Positions 31,073-39,931 of a DNA stretch of 64,000 nt are shown one piece after another; position 1 is the first letter of the stretch; the number at the start of each line of letters is the position of its first letter. The translations under genes and the position numbers were made by a program. The stretch comes from an uncultured Rhodospirillaceae bacterium (GTDB taxonomy: Bacteria > Pseudomonadota > Alphaproteobacteria > Rhodospirillales > UBA2165). The notes beneath the pieces are model-generated. The model had not been told where the DNA came from, did no database searches, and saw nothing but the letters and a program-made list of their open reading frames with translations. The stretch is from the NCBI GenBank assembly GCA_964643045.1, contig CAZXSC010000001.1, positions 2,296 through 66,295 on the forward strand, written 5' to 3'.

Positions 31073-31411
31073 TTAAAGCGCTTCCTCGCCGCGCTCTCCG
31101 GTGCGAATTCTAACAGCTTCAGTGAGGTCGTATACAAAAATTTTACCGTCGCCGATATTATCAGTTCTAGCTTCATTTTGTATTGTTTCTATAACACTAT
31201 CAACCAGCCCAGCACTTACAGCTATTTCAATTTTTGTTTTTGGCACAAAATTAATTGCATATTCAGCGCCCCGATAAATTTCTGTGTGGCCCTTTTGTCG
31301 GCCAAATCCGGAAACTTCACTTGTAGTTAGTCCCGTGACCCCGATTTTCATGAGCGCCTCTCGAACTAAGTCGAGCTTAGACGGTTTTATAATAGCGACT
31401 ATATATTTCAT
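31073..31411 (-). CDS. glnK: nitrogen regulatory protein P-II
   Basis: 112 aa. It has MKYIVAIIKP and a T-loop GRQKGHTEIYRGAEY containing the uridylylation Tyr. It is adjacent to amtB. Confidence 0.93.
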   Translation of the reverse strand: MKYIVAIIKPSKLDLVREALMKIGVTGLTTSEVSGFGRQKGHTEIYRGAEYAINFVPKTKIEIAVSAGLVDSVIETIQNEARTDNIGDGKIFVYDLTEAVRIRTGERGEEAL

Positions 31412-31441
31412 AAAACTATTTCCTTTTCTGGCCGTTTTGAT

Positions 31442-32779
31442 TTAAAGGTCATAACTGCGCTCGCCATGCGATGTAATATCAAGACCTTCATTTTCATCGT
31501 CACTGGTTACCCGCAATCCGAATACTGATTGCGTGATTTTAACCAATATGTAACTTACTACAGCTGCCCAAATTATAGTAAATATCGTCGCAACTAATTG
31601 GCCAAGAAAGGCTGTTTTTATAGTGACACCACTAGCGAGCCCATTTCCTCCTAAACTAACATCGGCAAAAAAAGCTGTTAAGAGTATGCCCAGAACGCCG
31701 CCGACTCCATGTACGGCAAAAACATCCAAAGAGTCGTCCAAGTTCCATTTATTCTTAACAACAGTAATCATGTAGAAACAGATGGCCCCTGATGCAGCAC
31801 CATAGACCAGCGCCCCAACCGGGCCCACAAAACCTGAACCGGGTGTTATTGTGGCCAGCCCTGCAATTGCCCCTGTAGCTATGCCGACTAAGCTTGGTTT
31901 ACCAAACTTTATATATTCAATCAGTATCCAGACCAAACATGCAGTAGCGGCCGAAATATGTGTTACGGTCATGGCCATACCCGCGCTGCCATCAGCGGCA
32001 AGAGCCGAACCTGCGTTAAAGCCGTACCACCCTACCCACAACATAGCGGCTCCAATCATAACTAGCCCAGGGCTGTGAGGCGGCCGAAGTTCGTTCGGAA
32101 ATCCCGTTCGAGGACCAAGCACCATGACGACTACCAACGCCGCGATACCAGCATTTGCGTGGACCACTAAGCCGCCAGCAAAGTCCATCGTTGAATAGCC
32201 CTTGAGAGCTGAGCTGAGCCAACCAAGGTCACTCAAAAGGCCACCACCCCAAATCCAATGGGTTGAGGGTGCGTAAACAAAAATCAACCAAAGGACACTA
32301 AAAAACATGACGGCACTGAATCTAATCCGTTCAACGTAAGCTCCGACGATCAGACCCGGCGTAATGATAGCGAATGTCATTTGAAACATAAAGAAAACAT
32401 TTTCCGGGATATTCCCAGATAAAGACTTGGTCGTTACCCCAGTTAAAAAAGCCTTAGAGAGCCCGCCCCACCAAGCGTTGCCGTCTCCAAAAGCAATTGA
32501 ATACCCAACAACTAGCCAAACAATCGATGCTGCGCAGCAAATGGCGAAACATTGCATCAATACAGAAAGTACGTTTTTTGACCTAACCAGACCACCATAA
32601 AATAGAGCCAGTCCCGGCATTGTCATAAATAATACTAACGCAGTTGCAGTAATAATCCAGGCGGTGTTGCCCGCACTCAAACTTTCCGCTGCATAGGCTG
32701 TTTTTGGGCAGAGGGATAGAAAACTGATTATAAATAGAGAGCTGTATGCTAATCTCGGCCGGTAATTTAAATAGCGCAT
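31442..32779 (-). CDS. amtB: ammonium transporter
   Basis: 445 aa with a signal peptide, multiple TM helices and the Amt motifs DFAGGLVVH and VHGVGG. Confidence 0.94.
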   Translation of the reverse strand: MRYLNYRPRLAYSSLFIISFLSLCPKTAYAAESLSAGNTAWIITATALVLFMTMPGLALFYGGLVRSKNVLSVLMQCFAICCAASIVWLVVGYSIAFGDGNAWWGGLSKAFLTGVTTKSLSGNIPENVFFMFQMTFAIITPGLIVGAYVERIRFSAVMFFSVLWLIFVYAPSTHWIWGGGLLSDLGWLSSALKGYSTMDFAGGLVVHANAGIAALVVVMVLGPRTGFPNELRPPHSPGLVMIGAAMLWVGWYGFNAGSALAADGSAGMAMTVTHISAATACLVWILIEYIKFGKPSLVGIATGAIAGLATITPGSGFVGPVGALVYGAASGAICFYMITVVKNKWNLDDSLDVFAVHGVGGVLGILLTAFFADVSLGGNGLASGVTIKTAFLGQLVATIFTIIWAAVVSYILVKITQSVFGLRVTSDDENEGLDITSHGERSYDL

Positions 32780-33164
32780 GGTTTATCCTCCGGTTTAAAA
32801 TTTGTTACTTGCGGCCTAGCAAGCGATCCAAAAAGGAGCGCTCTGATCATAAACAGGGGGCCACGCGTATATCTATTACTTGTAATACTCAAAAACCATG
32901 CCGATTTGCATTAATATAAAATTAGCATTTATTTTCAACAAACTAACCTAAAGTGAAGCAGTAAGTTCGGTGGGCGCCTCGTTAAAATTGATTATTTATT
33001 AAGCATATTATTATTAGTGGGTATAAATTAGGCAAATAATTGGTGCTGGTAAAACCGACGGATATAAATTTTAGTAAACAAATTTGATATTTGAAGTAAA
33101 AAGGTTATTATTTAACGATCGTTGTCACTAGACAATTGTGATTTTGGAGTGCAGTTCTATAGAT

Positions 33165-34409
33165 ATGCAAGCCGTTGGTAAAAATTTGTATAGCGTAGAC
33201 GTTTTGGTCGTGGGCTCTGGAATGATTGGGCCTACCTTTGCATTAGCACTATCAGATATAGGTTTTAAGGTTGCCATTATTGATCAAATTGCTCCGGCGG
33301 AACAAACGAATATAAAATTTGATGGTCGCGCGTCCGCGATTGCCGCAACATCAAAAAAGATGCTTGAACAAATTGGGGTATGGCCGCGTTTAGATCGAGG
33401 CCCCACGCCAATTTTAGATATTCGAGTTGTAGATGGGAATTCTCCCTTTTTTCTTCATTTTGATTCCAAAGAAGTTAATTGCAATGCTTTCGGACACATG
33501 GTTGAAAACCAGGATTTTCGCAAAGCTTGTTTGGGTGCAATTCGGTGCAGCCATGAGATTGTTTACCTCGCTCCAACCAAGCTAATCTCTTTTGAACGGG
33601 GTGTTCAAGGAGTTAAGGCTACGCTGGATAATGGATTTAAAATTTACGCAAAGCTTATTGTCGGAGCAGATGGCCGAAGTTCGATGGTGAGGAAGTCCGC
33701 CGGAATAGAAATAGCGACTTGGTTCTATAACCAGTCAGCGATTGTGCTTACAGTTGACCATGAGGTGCCCCATTTTAATATAGCTTACGAACACTTTTTA
33801 CCCGCTGGGCCATTTGCTATTTTACCCTTACGTGGTGAGAAAGGGCAAAACCAGCGGTCGTCAATTGTTTGGACTGAAAAATCGGATCTAGCAGAAGCTA
33901 TTTTAGCACTATCTGCTAATGATTTTATGGAACAATTTGAGCTTCGGTTCGGTGAATTTTTGGGAAAAGCAACTTTGGTGGGTCCTCGTTGGTCTTATCC
34001 TTTGTCCTCTCAATACGCAGAAACAAGTATACTGGATCGTTTGGCGTTGCTCGGTGACGCTGCCCATGGGATACACCCCATAGCTGGCCAGGGGCTGAAT
34101 TTAGGCTTTAGAGATGTGGCTGCCTTAGCCGAGGTTTTGGCAGACGCCAGACGTATTGGGCTTGATATTGGCGATATTGCCGTTTTGAGTGAATACCAAA
34201 AATGGCGACATTTTGATAATACTACGATGTTAATCATGACGGACATTATTTCTCGTTTATTCTCTAACAATATAGGCTCAGTTAAACTGTTCCGCGATTT
34301 CGGCCTTGCAACCATGAATAAAGCGGGGCCTTTAAAACAATTTTTCATGCGGCATGCAATGGGCTCTGTGGGGAGTCTTCCGCGCTTGCTTAAAGGCGAA
34401 GCGATTTAA
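33165..34409 (+). CDS. UbiH/UbiF/VisC/COQ6-family FAD-dependent ubiquinone-biosynthesis hydroxylase
   Basis: I prefer the ATG at 33165 over the GTG track start at 33138. It has the FAD motifs DVLVVGSGMIG and GADG, plus LLGDAAHGIHPIAGQGLNLG. Confidence 0.85.
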   Translation: MQAVGKNLYSVDVLVVGSGMIGPTFALALSDIGFKVAIIDQIAPAEQTNIKFDGRASAIAATSKKMLEQIGVWPRLDRGPTPILDIRVVDGNSPFFLHFDSKEVNCNAFGHMVENQDFRKACLGAIRCSHEIVYLAPTKLISFERGVQGVKATLDNGFKIYAKLIVGADGRSSMVRKSAGIEIATWFYNQSAIVLTVDHEVPHFNIAYEHFLPAGPFAILPLRGEKGQNQRSSIVWTEKSDLAEAILALSANDFMEQFELRFGEFLGKATLVGPRWSYPLSSQYAETSILDRLALLGDAAHGIHPIAGQGLNLGFRDVAALAEVLADARRIGLDIGDIAVLSEYQKWRHFDNTTMLIMTDIISRLFSNNIGSVKLFRDFGLATMNKAGPLKQFFMRHAMGSVGSLPRLLKGEAI

Positions 34410-34469
34410 TAGTTTGATTGTTAATGATTAAAACAACCGCAAAAAAGCAAATATTTGAGCCAGTCAATC

Positions 34470-34649
34470 CTAATCAATTTTTCTAGCTTCGTCGACTAAC
34501 ATTATAGGAATTCCATCCCTAATAGGGAAGGCTAGCTTGGCTTTTTTGCTAATTAACTCTTTTTTTTCTGGATCATATTGCAAAGTTGTCTTTGTTATAG
34601 GGCAAACTAAAATCTCCAATAATTTAGGATCAATATTTTGCTTAGCCAT
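34470..34649 (-). CDS. Trm112-family small protein (UPF0434/YcaR-like), 59 aa
   Basis: This gene is not in the ORF track. The shortest ORFs the track lists are 60 aa, so a 59-aa ORF may simply fall under its length cutoff. My own translation is [59 protein letters not shown]. The LLEILVCP...[11 protein letters not shown] pattern is the family signature. Confidence 0.8.
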   Translation of the reverse strand: MAKQNIDPKLLEILVCPITKTTLQYDPEKKELISKKAKLAFPIRDGIPIMLVDEARKID

Positions 34650-34661
34650 TCTATTAGTCCT

Positions 34662-35345
34662 CTAATGCTTGGTTGGCGACTGTCCGATTGATGCAAGTTC
34701 CATTTCCATGAGTGAGATCATCACATGAGCAATATCTCTAATGTTTTGTGTTTGTAATATTGCCTGCTTTTCTTTGTAGTCAAAGGGGTTAATCATACCA
34801 ATGGTTGCAATTAAAAACCGGTCCTCGATTTTATCCAAATCCGCCCAATTAATATTCAAGCCCTTAAGTTCTAAATAGTCTCTTAAAACAGGTATCAGCC
34901 CTTCCCTATTCACAGCGGGATATTCCGACAAAAGATCATCTTTAAATGCAGCAAAGTTTGGTTTTACCTGTCTATAAGCAGTTGTCGTGTTGAATTCCTT
35001 TTCAATTTCAAAGCGGCAAACCCCCTGCAAAGTTAGCAAAATCCGCCCGTCTTCGCTTTCTGTGAAAGAGGTAATTCTTCCCGCGCAACCTATATCAAAA
35101 AGATCCGTTTTTTCTGGAACAGGATCAGGAAGCAATTCCAAAGGCTGAACCATTCCTATTAGCCGCGACCCCTTTAAACTATCAAATACCATCTTCAAAT
35201 AACGCGGTTCAAATATATTTAGAGGCATTTTGCCGTGTGGCAGTAGCATGGCTCCTGGAAGCGGAAAAATTGGCAGCTTTTGTGGTAGGTTTTCAAATGG
35301 GATACTAAAAGGATCCTTATAGTTACTGGAAGACTTTTCAGCCAT
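34662..35345 (-). CDS. LON-peptidase substrate-binding (Lon N-terminal) domain protein
   Basis: 227 aa. It has the LPIFPL..A.LLP....LNIFEPRY motif typical of stand-alone LON N-domain proteins. Confidence 0.8.
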   Translation of the reverse strand: MAEKSSSNYKDPFSIPFENLPQKLPIFPLPGAMLLPHGKMPLNIFEPRYLKMVFDSLKGSRLIGMVQPLELLPDPVPEKTDLFDIGCAGRITSFTESEDGRILLTLQGVCRFEIEKEFNTTTAYRQVKPNFAAFKDDLLSEYPAVNREGLIPVLRDYLELKGLNINWADLDKIEDRFLIATIGMINPFDYKEKQAILQTQNIRDIAHVMISLMEMELASIGQSPTKH

Positions 35346-36274
35346 TAGGAAAATAAAATCGCAGACAGTTTTCGGCGCCCTTCAACAGTAATGGGATTTG
35401 AATTTCCCAACGCCTCAAATACCTTGAAGAGTTGTTGACGCGCGGCATCGTCATTCCAGTCTCGGTTTTGCTTTATAATTTCCACCAACTGTTCAATTGC
35501 ACTTTCTGTTTCTTCTGATGCATAAAGCGCTAAAGCATAGTCATACCGGGCCTGGTGATTGTTTGGATTGTTCTGGACTGCAATTTTAAGTTCACCGACT
35601 TCACCGGCTTCAGCGGTTTGTTCTTCAAGTTCCAAAGTTGTTTGAATCGCAGAAATAGCCGGCTGTGTGAGAAGTTCCTCTGGTAAGTCTGCCAAGTAAT
35701 TTCGCGCCTGATCAGCATTGTCGTCTAATATAAGGCACCTCATTAGCCCAGCATGGGAATCAACATTTGAATTATCGGCTTCTAATATCTGGTTAAATAT
35801 AGAACTAGCATTTATCGTGTCGCCCGCTTCTAATAAAGCGTTTGCTTGTTCAATTGCTTGATCTAACGGCGATCCATCGCCTCCTGTCAATTTTTCTATA
35901 AACTTTCGAAGCTGACTTTCAGGCAATGCCCCATTAAAGGCATCAGCCGGCCTTCCGTCTTTGAATGCGTAAACCATTGGAATTGATTGTACTCGCAGTT
36001 GCTGTGCAAGAGCCTGATTTTCGTCGATGTTAATCTTAACCAATTTAACCTTTCCGCCATATTCCTTAATTAGCTTTTCCAGAACAGGTGTCATTTGCTT
36101 ACAAGGTTCGCACCATGGGGCCCAAAAATCCACTATCACAGGTATTTGGGCGGATGCGCCTATCACATCTTCATTAAATCTTTCCGCGTTAGAATCTATA
36201 ACTAGGCCCTCACTGTCTTGCGCGGAAGCTTCTAAATTAAGTTGATCGCTAGCATCACCCTCGAGAATATTCAT
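35345..36274 (-). CDS. thioredoxin-domain + TPR chaperedoxin (YbbN/CnoX-like)
   Basis: 309 aa. It has a thioredoxin fold with WAPWCEPCK and a TPR-like C-terminal half. There is a 1-nt overlap with the downstream LON-N gene. Confidence 0.8.
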   Translation of the reverse strand: MNILEGDASDQLNLEASAQDSEGLVIDSNAERFNEDVIGASAQIPVIVDFWAPWCEPCKQMTPVLEKLIKEYGGKVKLVKINIDENQALAQQLRVQSIPMVYAFKDGRPADAFNGALPESQLRKFIEKLTGGDGSPLDQAIEQANALLEAGDTINASSIFNQILEADNSNVDSHAGLMRCLILDDNADQARNYLADLPEELLTQPAISAIQTTLELEEQTAEAGEVGELKIAVQNNPNNHQARYDYALALYASEETESAIEQLVEIIKQNRDWNDDAARQQLFKVFEALGNSNPITVEGRRKLSAILFS

Positions 36275-36366
36275 TTCAACCAGTCTTTCCTTTCTATGTT
36301 ATTTTAAGCAAGTACATATTTATAATATCTTCAATCACTTTCAATGTTTATAAACGTATTTTTGTG

Positions 36367-36888
36367 TCAAATCGATACGATTTTTGGTAAATGACCGCAG
36401 TGTTGCAAAAATAAAAGTAAATCTTGAGAACTTATAGTCGTCGTAGCCTCATTATGTAATGGATGATAATTTAATGATGTTTCTTGAAGCATTCTAGAAT
36501 CGAGCACAAACAGTACATTCTTTGACGAAGGATTAATAGCTGAAAAAGGCGTAACGGAACCAGGCCTAACCCCAAGATACTTTTCAATATCGTCGGGTCG
36601 TCCGAAAGATAATCGCGTGGTGCCGAGTATTTTTTGGAGTTTGTTCAAATTCACCCTTTTGTTTTCTAAGGTAATAAATAGATAAAACAGTCTTTTTTTA
36701 TCCCTTAAGAATAAGTTTTTACAGTGTCCATGCGCTATTTTAGGCAAGGCAGCTCTAATAGCTTGGCTTGCTTTAACCGTGTCTACAGGGTGGTGACGGA
36801 CGGTTGTGTATCCAATTCCTATCGAATCAAGAAAAGTGCAAAGATCGTTTTCTCCACGAGCCCTTCTTGGGGGTTCAAGAATTTCCAT
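36367..36888 (-). CDS. YbaK/ProX-type aminoacyl-tRNA editing (deacylase) domain protein
   Basis: 173 aa with a YbaK/ProRS-associated domain pattern (..HCKNLFLRDKK.., ..GSVTPF..). Confidence 0.7.
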   Translation of the reverse strand: MEILEPPRRARGENDLCTFLDSIGIGYTTVRHHPVDTVKASQAIRAALPKIAHGHCKNLFLRDKKRLFYLFITLENKRVNLNKLQKILGTTRLSFGRPDDIEKYLGVRPGSVTPFSAINPSSKNVLFVLDSRMLQETSLNYHPLHNEATTTISSQDLLLFLQHCGHLPKIVSI

Positions 36889-37023
36889 GGTAAGATTTTA
36901 TCAAGAGATTTGTTTTCTCTCAAGCTATAGGAAAATTTAGCTTCTTTAATACACCAGTGTTGCAAACTTCAATGTGATGACTATTATGCTGGGTCTTCTG
37001 TGTATTAGTATTACCGGGATTGC

Positions 37024-37098
37024 GCGGGCGTAGCTCAGGGGTAGAGCGCAACCTTGCCAAGGTTGAAGTCGTGAGTTCGAATCTCATCGCCCGCTCCA
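37024..37098 (+). tRNA. tRNA-Gly (anticodon GCC), CCA encoded
   Basis: Hand-folded cloverleaf: acceptor GCGGGCG/CGCCCGC, D arm GCTC-AGGGGTA-GAGC, anticodon arm CAACC-TTGCCAA-GGTTG, T arm GTGAG-TTCGAAT-CTCAT, discriminator T, then CCA. Confidence 0.93.
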
Positions 37099-37519
37099 GT
37101 CCTCACAAGGCTTACAGAAACTTTGCCACCCTTAATACAATAAACACATTTCCCTTTGACTTCGTTGAAAGATGTGATCTGGAAAATGAAACAACTAAAT
37201 CCTTCCGGCCTGGATTATGGTTTTAGCAATATTAAAGAACGGAATATTATTTGTTCCAGCAAGGGATCTAAGTTGGCTATTAAAACGTGTTGCACTAACC
37301 ATCTATGCTTTGGCGCTTATTTTTTTTTCAACTAATTTGCATGAATATGGTTATATTTATTCTTAGACGCCCTTTTTATTAAAGTCGTTGGCTAGAAAAA
37401 AAAGAGAGTTCAGAAACATAATAATGCTTAAACCGTAAAAAGCAAAACTTGAGCTAATCCTATATCTTAGCCTAATTAAGATAAATGCCGTTACCTAGAT
37501 ATTTGACAAATATATAGGC

Positions 37520-37558
37520 TTTTAATATGGAATATATATGGGATTTTAATATGGAATA
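37520..37558. repeat. direct repeat TTTTAATATGGAATA x2 (24-bp period), iteron-like
   Basis: Copies at 37520-37534 and 37544-37558. A related ATATGG core recurs at 37344-37352 and 39825-39843. Confidence 0.7.
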
Positions 37559-37591
37559 AAGACGGCTCTTGAAGGCGTATTATTAATATGT

Positions 37592-37608
37592 ATTACTAAG
37601 ACTATATT
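37592..37608. repeat. 17-bp direct repeat ATTACTAAGACTATATT, copy 1
   Basis: An identical 17-mer recurs at 37763-37779, 171 bp downstream. Confidence 0.7.
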
Positions 37609-37762
37609 CTTACTAAAGAGTAATAAAATTGAGTCAGAACCCACATAAATTTATGACACCACTAAATAGGTATAGGTGAATTCGTAATAAGATTAAAAGT
37701 ATATCCTGAATAACCAAGACCATGATCCAAGAAATGAAGACCATCTCATAGCGAAGATATTA

Positions 37763-37779
37763 ATTACTAAGACTATATT
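37763..37779. repeat. 17-bp direct repeat ATTACTAAGACTATATT, copy 2
   Basis: Identical to the copy at 37592-37608. Confidence 0.7.
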
Positions 37780-37841
37780 GGCCTAGTCTCAAAAATTTCC
37801 ATAATTTCTTTCACTAGTTCTACCTAGGACTTTCCCCTATA

Positions 37842-39749
37842 TTAGATTTTTTGTCGTTCTTTTTTGTGCCAAAAGGGTTCGTAGAATTCCCAATCGTGGT
37901 ATAAATTTATATTTATGGAAGTTTTAAAATTTTCATACCGCTGACGGTAGTCGGGGCTATCGATTTCAAGGTCCTTTTCCTGAAGCCAATCCTGGTGTCT
38001 TTTGAGGCTAATTTGGTAGCGTAATGTTGGCGTGATTTTTGTGTTGGATGTTTTAATTTTTATAATCTCTGCGTGCCATTGGTGCCAGTAACTTTGATAT
38101 ATCGCGTTTAGGCTGTTATTAACATGTAAATTTGGTGAAGAAGCGGATAGAAAACTACCAATTTGGTTCAGCTTTATTTGATCGCTAGAATAACCGTCAA
38201 CAAGGTTATCATATTCAATAGGCTCAGCGAGTATTGCTTCCTTAAGATGGAGGTTTTCTTGGCCGGTCAGACGGTGGAGAAATTTGCTTCTTTTTGGCTT
38301 ACTACTAGGATTCTCGCGAATTCTGAACATTTCTTCCATCCAGGCCGTTTGCATAGCATTTATTAAGGTTTGCCCCCACCTTTTCTCTATGATGTAGCTA
38401 TCGTGTACGGTCAGTATTGGAACTTTTAGGGCCGTAAAATGTTCAATTAGATTTAGTGCTATATTACTATCGATTAGTTGCAGTTTTGATGTTATTCCGG
38501 AGAAAAAGTGATGCGATATAAGCCCGTGTTTTTTCCTAATGTTGATAAAGACAGAAGCGAGAAAATCGTCCGATATGGTTTTCAGGATATTAGGCGGCGG
38601 TCTTTTGATGCGACTTTCCGGGTTTTTGTCCTCTGCAGTGATCGTCTTTCGAGTTGCTTTCCACAAATCAGGCTCATTCCATTTATTTAACCCAAAAAGA
38701 GTTAATTTCGTGATAAGAAACCTTTTAAATTTAGTTAAATGCTCTCTGCTATAATTTTTTAGTTCTGAATCAGGCACGTTATCTAACTCAGGGATGCTGA
38801 CATCATAAATGTCTTGGCCTCCTAATATCACAGGAGAATCCGGACTTTCCATATGGTATAGAATGTCCAGTAGAATAGAATTATAACTCACTTCTAAAGT
38901 GGGATTACCGTTAATATAAATATCTTTCTTGTGATTAGAACTGCACCTTTCCCACCAGCCACCATAAATTCGCCCTCCCTTGTTAAAGGTGCTATCGCTA
39001 TATCTTCTGTGCACAAAGCAGTGCGGTATTATAAAGCAGCGCCTTTCCTCGCCCCATTCATTAAAGCTTGAGACGTAGCCCTTTTCTGCGCTGACTATAT
39101 CTACGTGGCTGGATCGTAATAGTTCATTGTAGCAGGCCATGATTAGGCGCATAGCCCGGATTTTTGGTGTGTCAGAATAATCAATGGGAACAGTCTTATA
39201 TATGGCTTTAGTTGTTGGTTTACGGAGGGTTCTGGGTATCGAGACTTTTTTGGTTAAAATAATAGTTTCCTTATCAATATCATGTGATCGAATATTCAGA
39301 GGATTAAACTTTATATCTGTAAAATGGGAGATCAGCATATCAGTGGGCCAAATTCGAGACGTATAACTGGGTCCAAAACGATAATCCTGTCTGGGTGGCA
39401 TGCCCGGTTTGTGGTGTAAAAGGTTTAAATGAATCAAATCCTTGATAACACTAATAGATTTTTTGGTAATCTTGATTTTATTGTACCGGGTAATCAACGT
39501 GTAGTCATTGTTGTTGAAGCTAACTGCGATACACAAAGCTGGATCTAGAAACCATGCATGATATAAGTCTATCAAAATTTTCTGGAGATGCCTCTTACCT
39601 ATCGTGCTATTGTAGTTTTTAAGAGGTTGAATGTATGCATTCCAAATCATGTCTTGTAAGTCCCAGAATTCTTTCTGGTAACAGGCTTTGTGGACATCCA
39701 GAGGTCTGCTGTGTGCTAGTTGATCTTTGGTTTTTTTCGGATTGTCCAT
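37842..39749 (-). CDS. 635-aa orphan protein with right-hand (family-A-like) polymerase-type motifs; possible element replication/transcription protein
   Basis: A long uninterrupted ORF in AT-rich DNA. Motifs read from the translation are GGRIYGGWW (aa 258-266), LEVSYNSILLDILY (285-298), KLTLFG (348-353) and LTVHDSY (446-452). The family assignment is an inference only. Confidence 0.6.
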   Translation of the reverse strand: MDNPKKTKDQLAHSRPLDVHKACYQKEFWDLQDMIWNAYIQPLKNYNSTIGKRHLQKILIDLYHAWFLDPALCIAVSFNNNDYTLITRYNKIKITKKSISVIKDLIHLNLLHHKPGMPPRQDYRFGPSYTSRIWPTDMLISHFTDIKFNPLNIRSHDIDKETIILTKKVSIPRTLRKPTTKAIYKTVPIDYSDTPKIRAMRLIMACYNELLRSSHVDIVSAEKGYVSSFNEWGEERRCFIIPHCFVHRRYSDSTFNKGGRIYGGWWERCSSNHKKDIYINGNPTLEVSYNSILLDILYHMESPDSPVILGGQDIYDVSIPELDNVPDSELKNYSREHLTKFKRFLITKLTLFGLNKWNEPDLWKATRKTITAEDKNPESRIKRPPPNILKTISDDFLASVFINIRKKHGLISHHFFSGITSKLQLIDSNIALNLIEHFTALKVPILTVHDSYIIEKRWGQTLINAMQTAWMEEMFRIRENPSSKPKRSKFLHRLTGQENLHLKEAILAEPIEYDNLVDGYSSDQIKLNQIGSFLSASSPNLHVNNSLNAIYQSYWHQWHAEIIKIKTSNTKITPTLRYQISLKRHQDWLQEKDLEIDSPDYRQRYENFKTSININLYHDWEFYEPFWHKKERQKI

Positions 39750-39824
39750 ATTGAGTATTAATATATTAACTAATAAGACAATAATAGTGAAAAAAGCAAT
39801 GATCTTCCCAAAACATTCGCATTT

Positions 39825-39843
39825 ATATGGTTATATATGGTTA
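39825..39843. repeat. tandem ATATGGTTA x2 (10-bp period) in the divergent promoter region of the island
   Basis: Copies at 39825-39833 and 39835-39843. The same 9-mer occurs at 37344-37352, on the other side of the 635-aa gene. Confidence 0.6.
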
Positions 39844-39931
39844 AAAAAAATCGTTTGTTCATTAGAATGTTTTGTTTTAGATAAGGGGGTATAAACGGGG
39901 GTAGCCCCTTAGATCAAGAGCGCCGAAAATT

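Noticed and set aside
32780-33137. Sigma-54 / NtrC-type promoter upstream of amtB.
   Set aside because: The candidate TGG…TTGC strings (TGGATCGCTTGCT, TGGCCCCCTGTTTAT) have the wrong GG-to-GC spacing or lack the GC. I cannot call a promoter without a PWM scan.
37020-37226. A 68-aa ORF overlapping tRNA-Gly.
   Set aside because: It is read straight through the tRNA gene sequence and is an artefact of six-frame translation.
14804-39895. A shared GGGGGTATAA(A) motif between the parB-holA spacer (14804-14826, two copies) and the island promoter region (39885-39895), considered as a possible common att or operator sequence.
   Set aside because: It is only a 10-11-nt match. Matches of that length are expected many times by chance in 64 kb, so there is no statistical support for a link.
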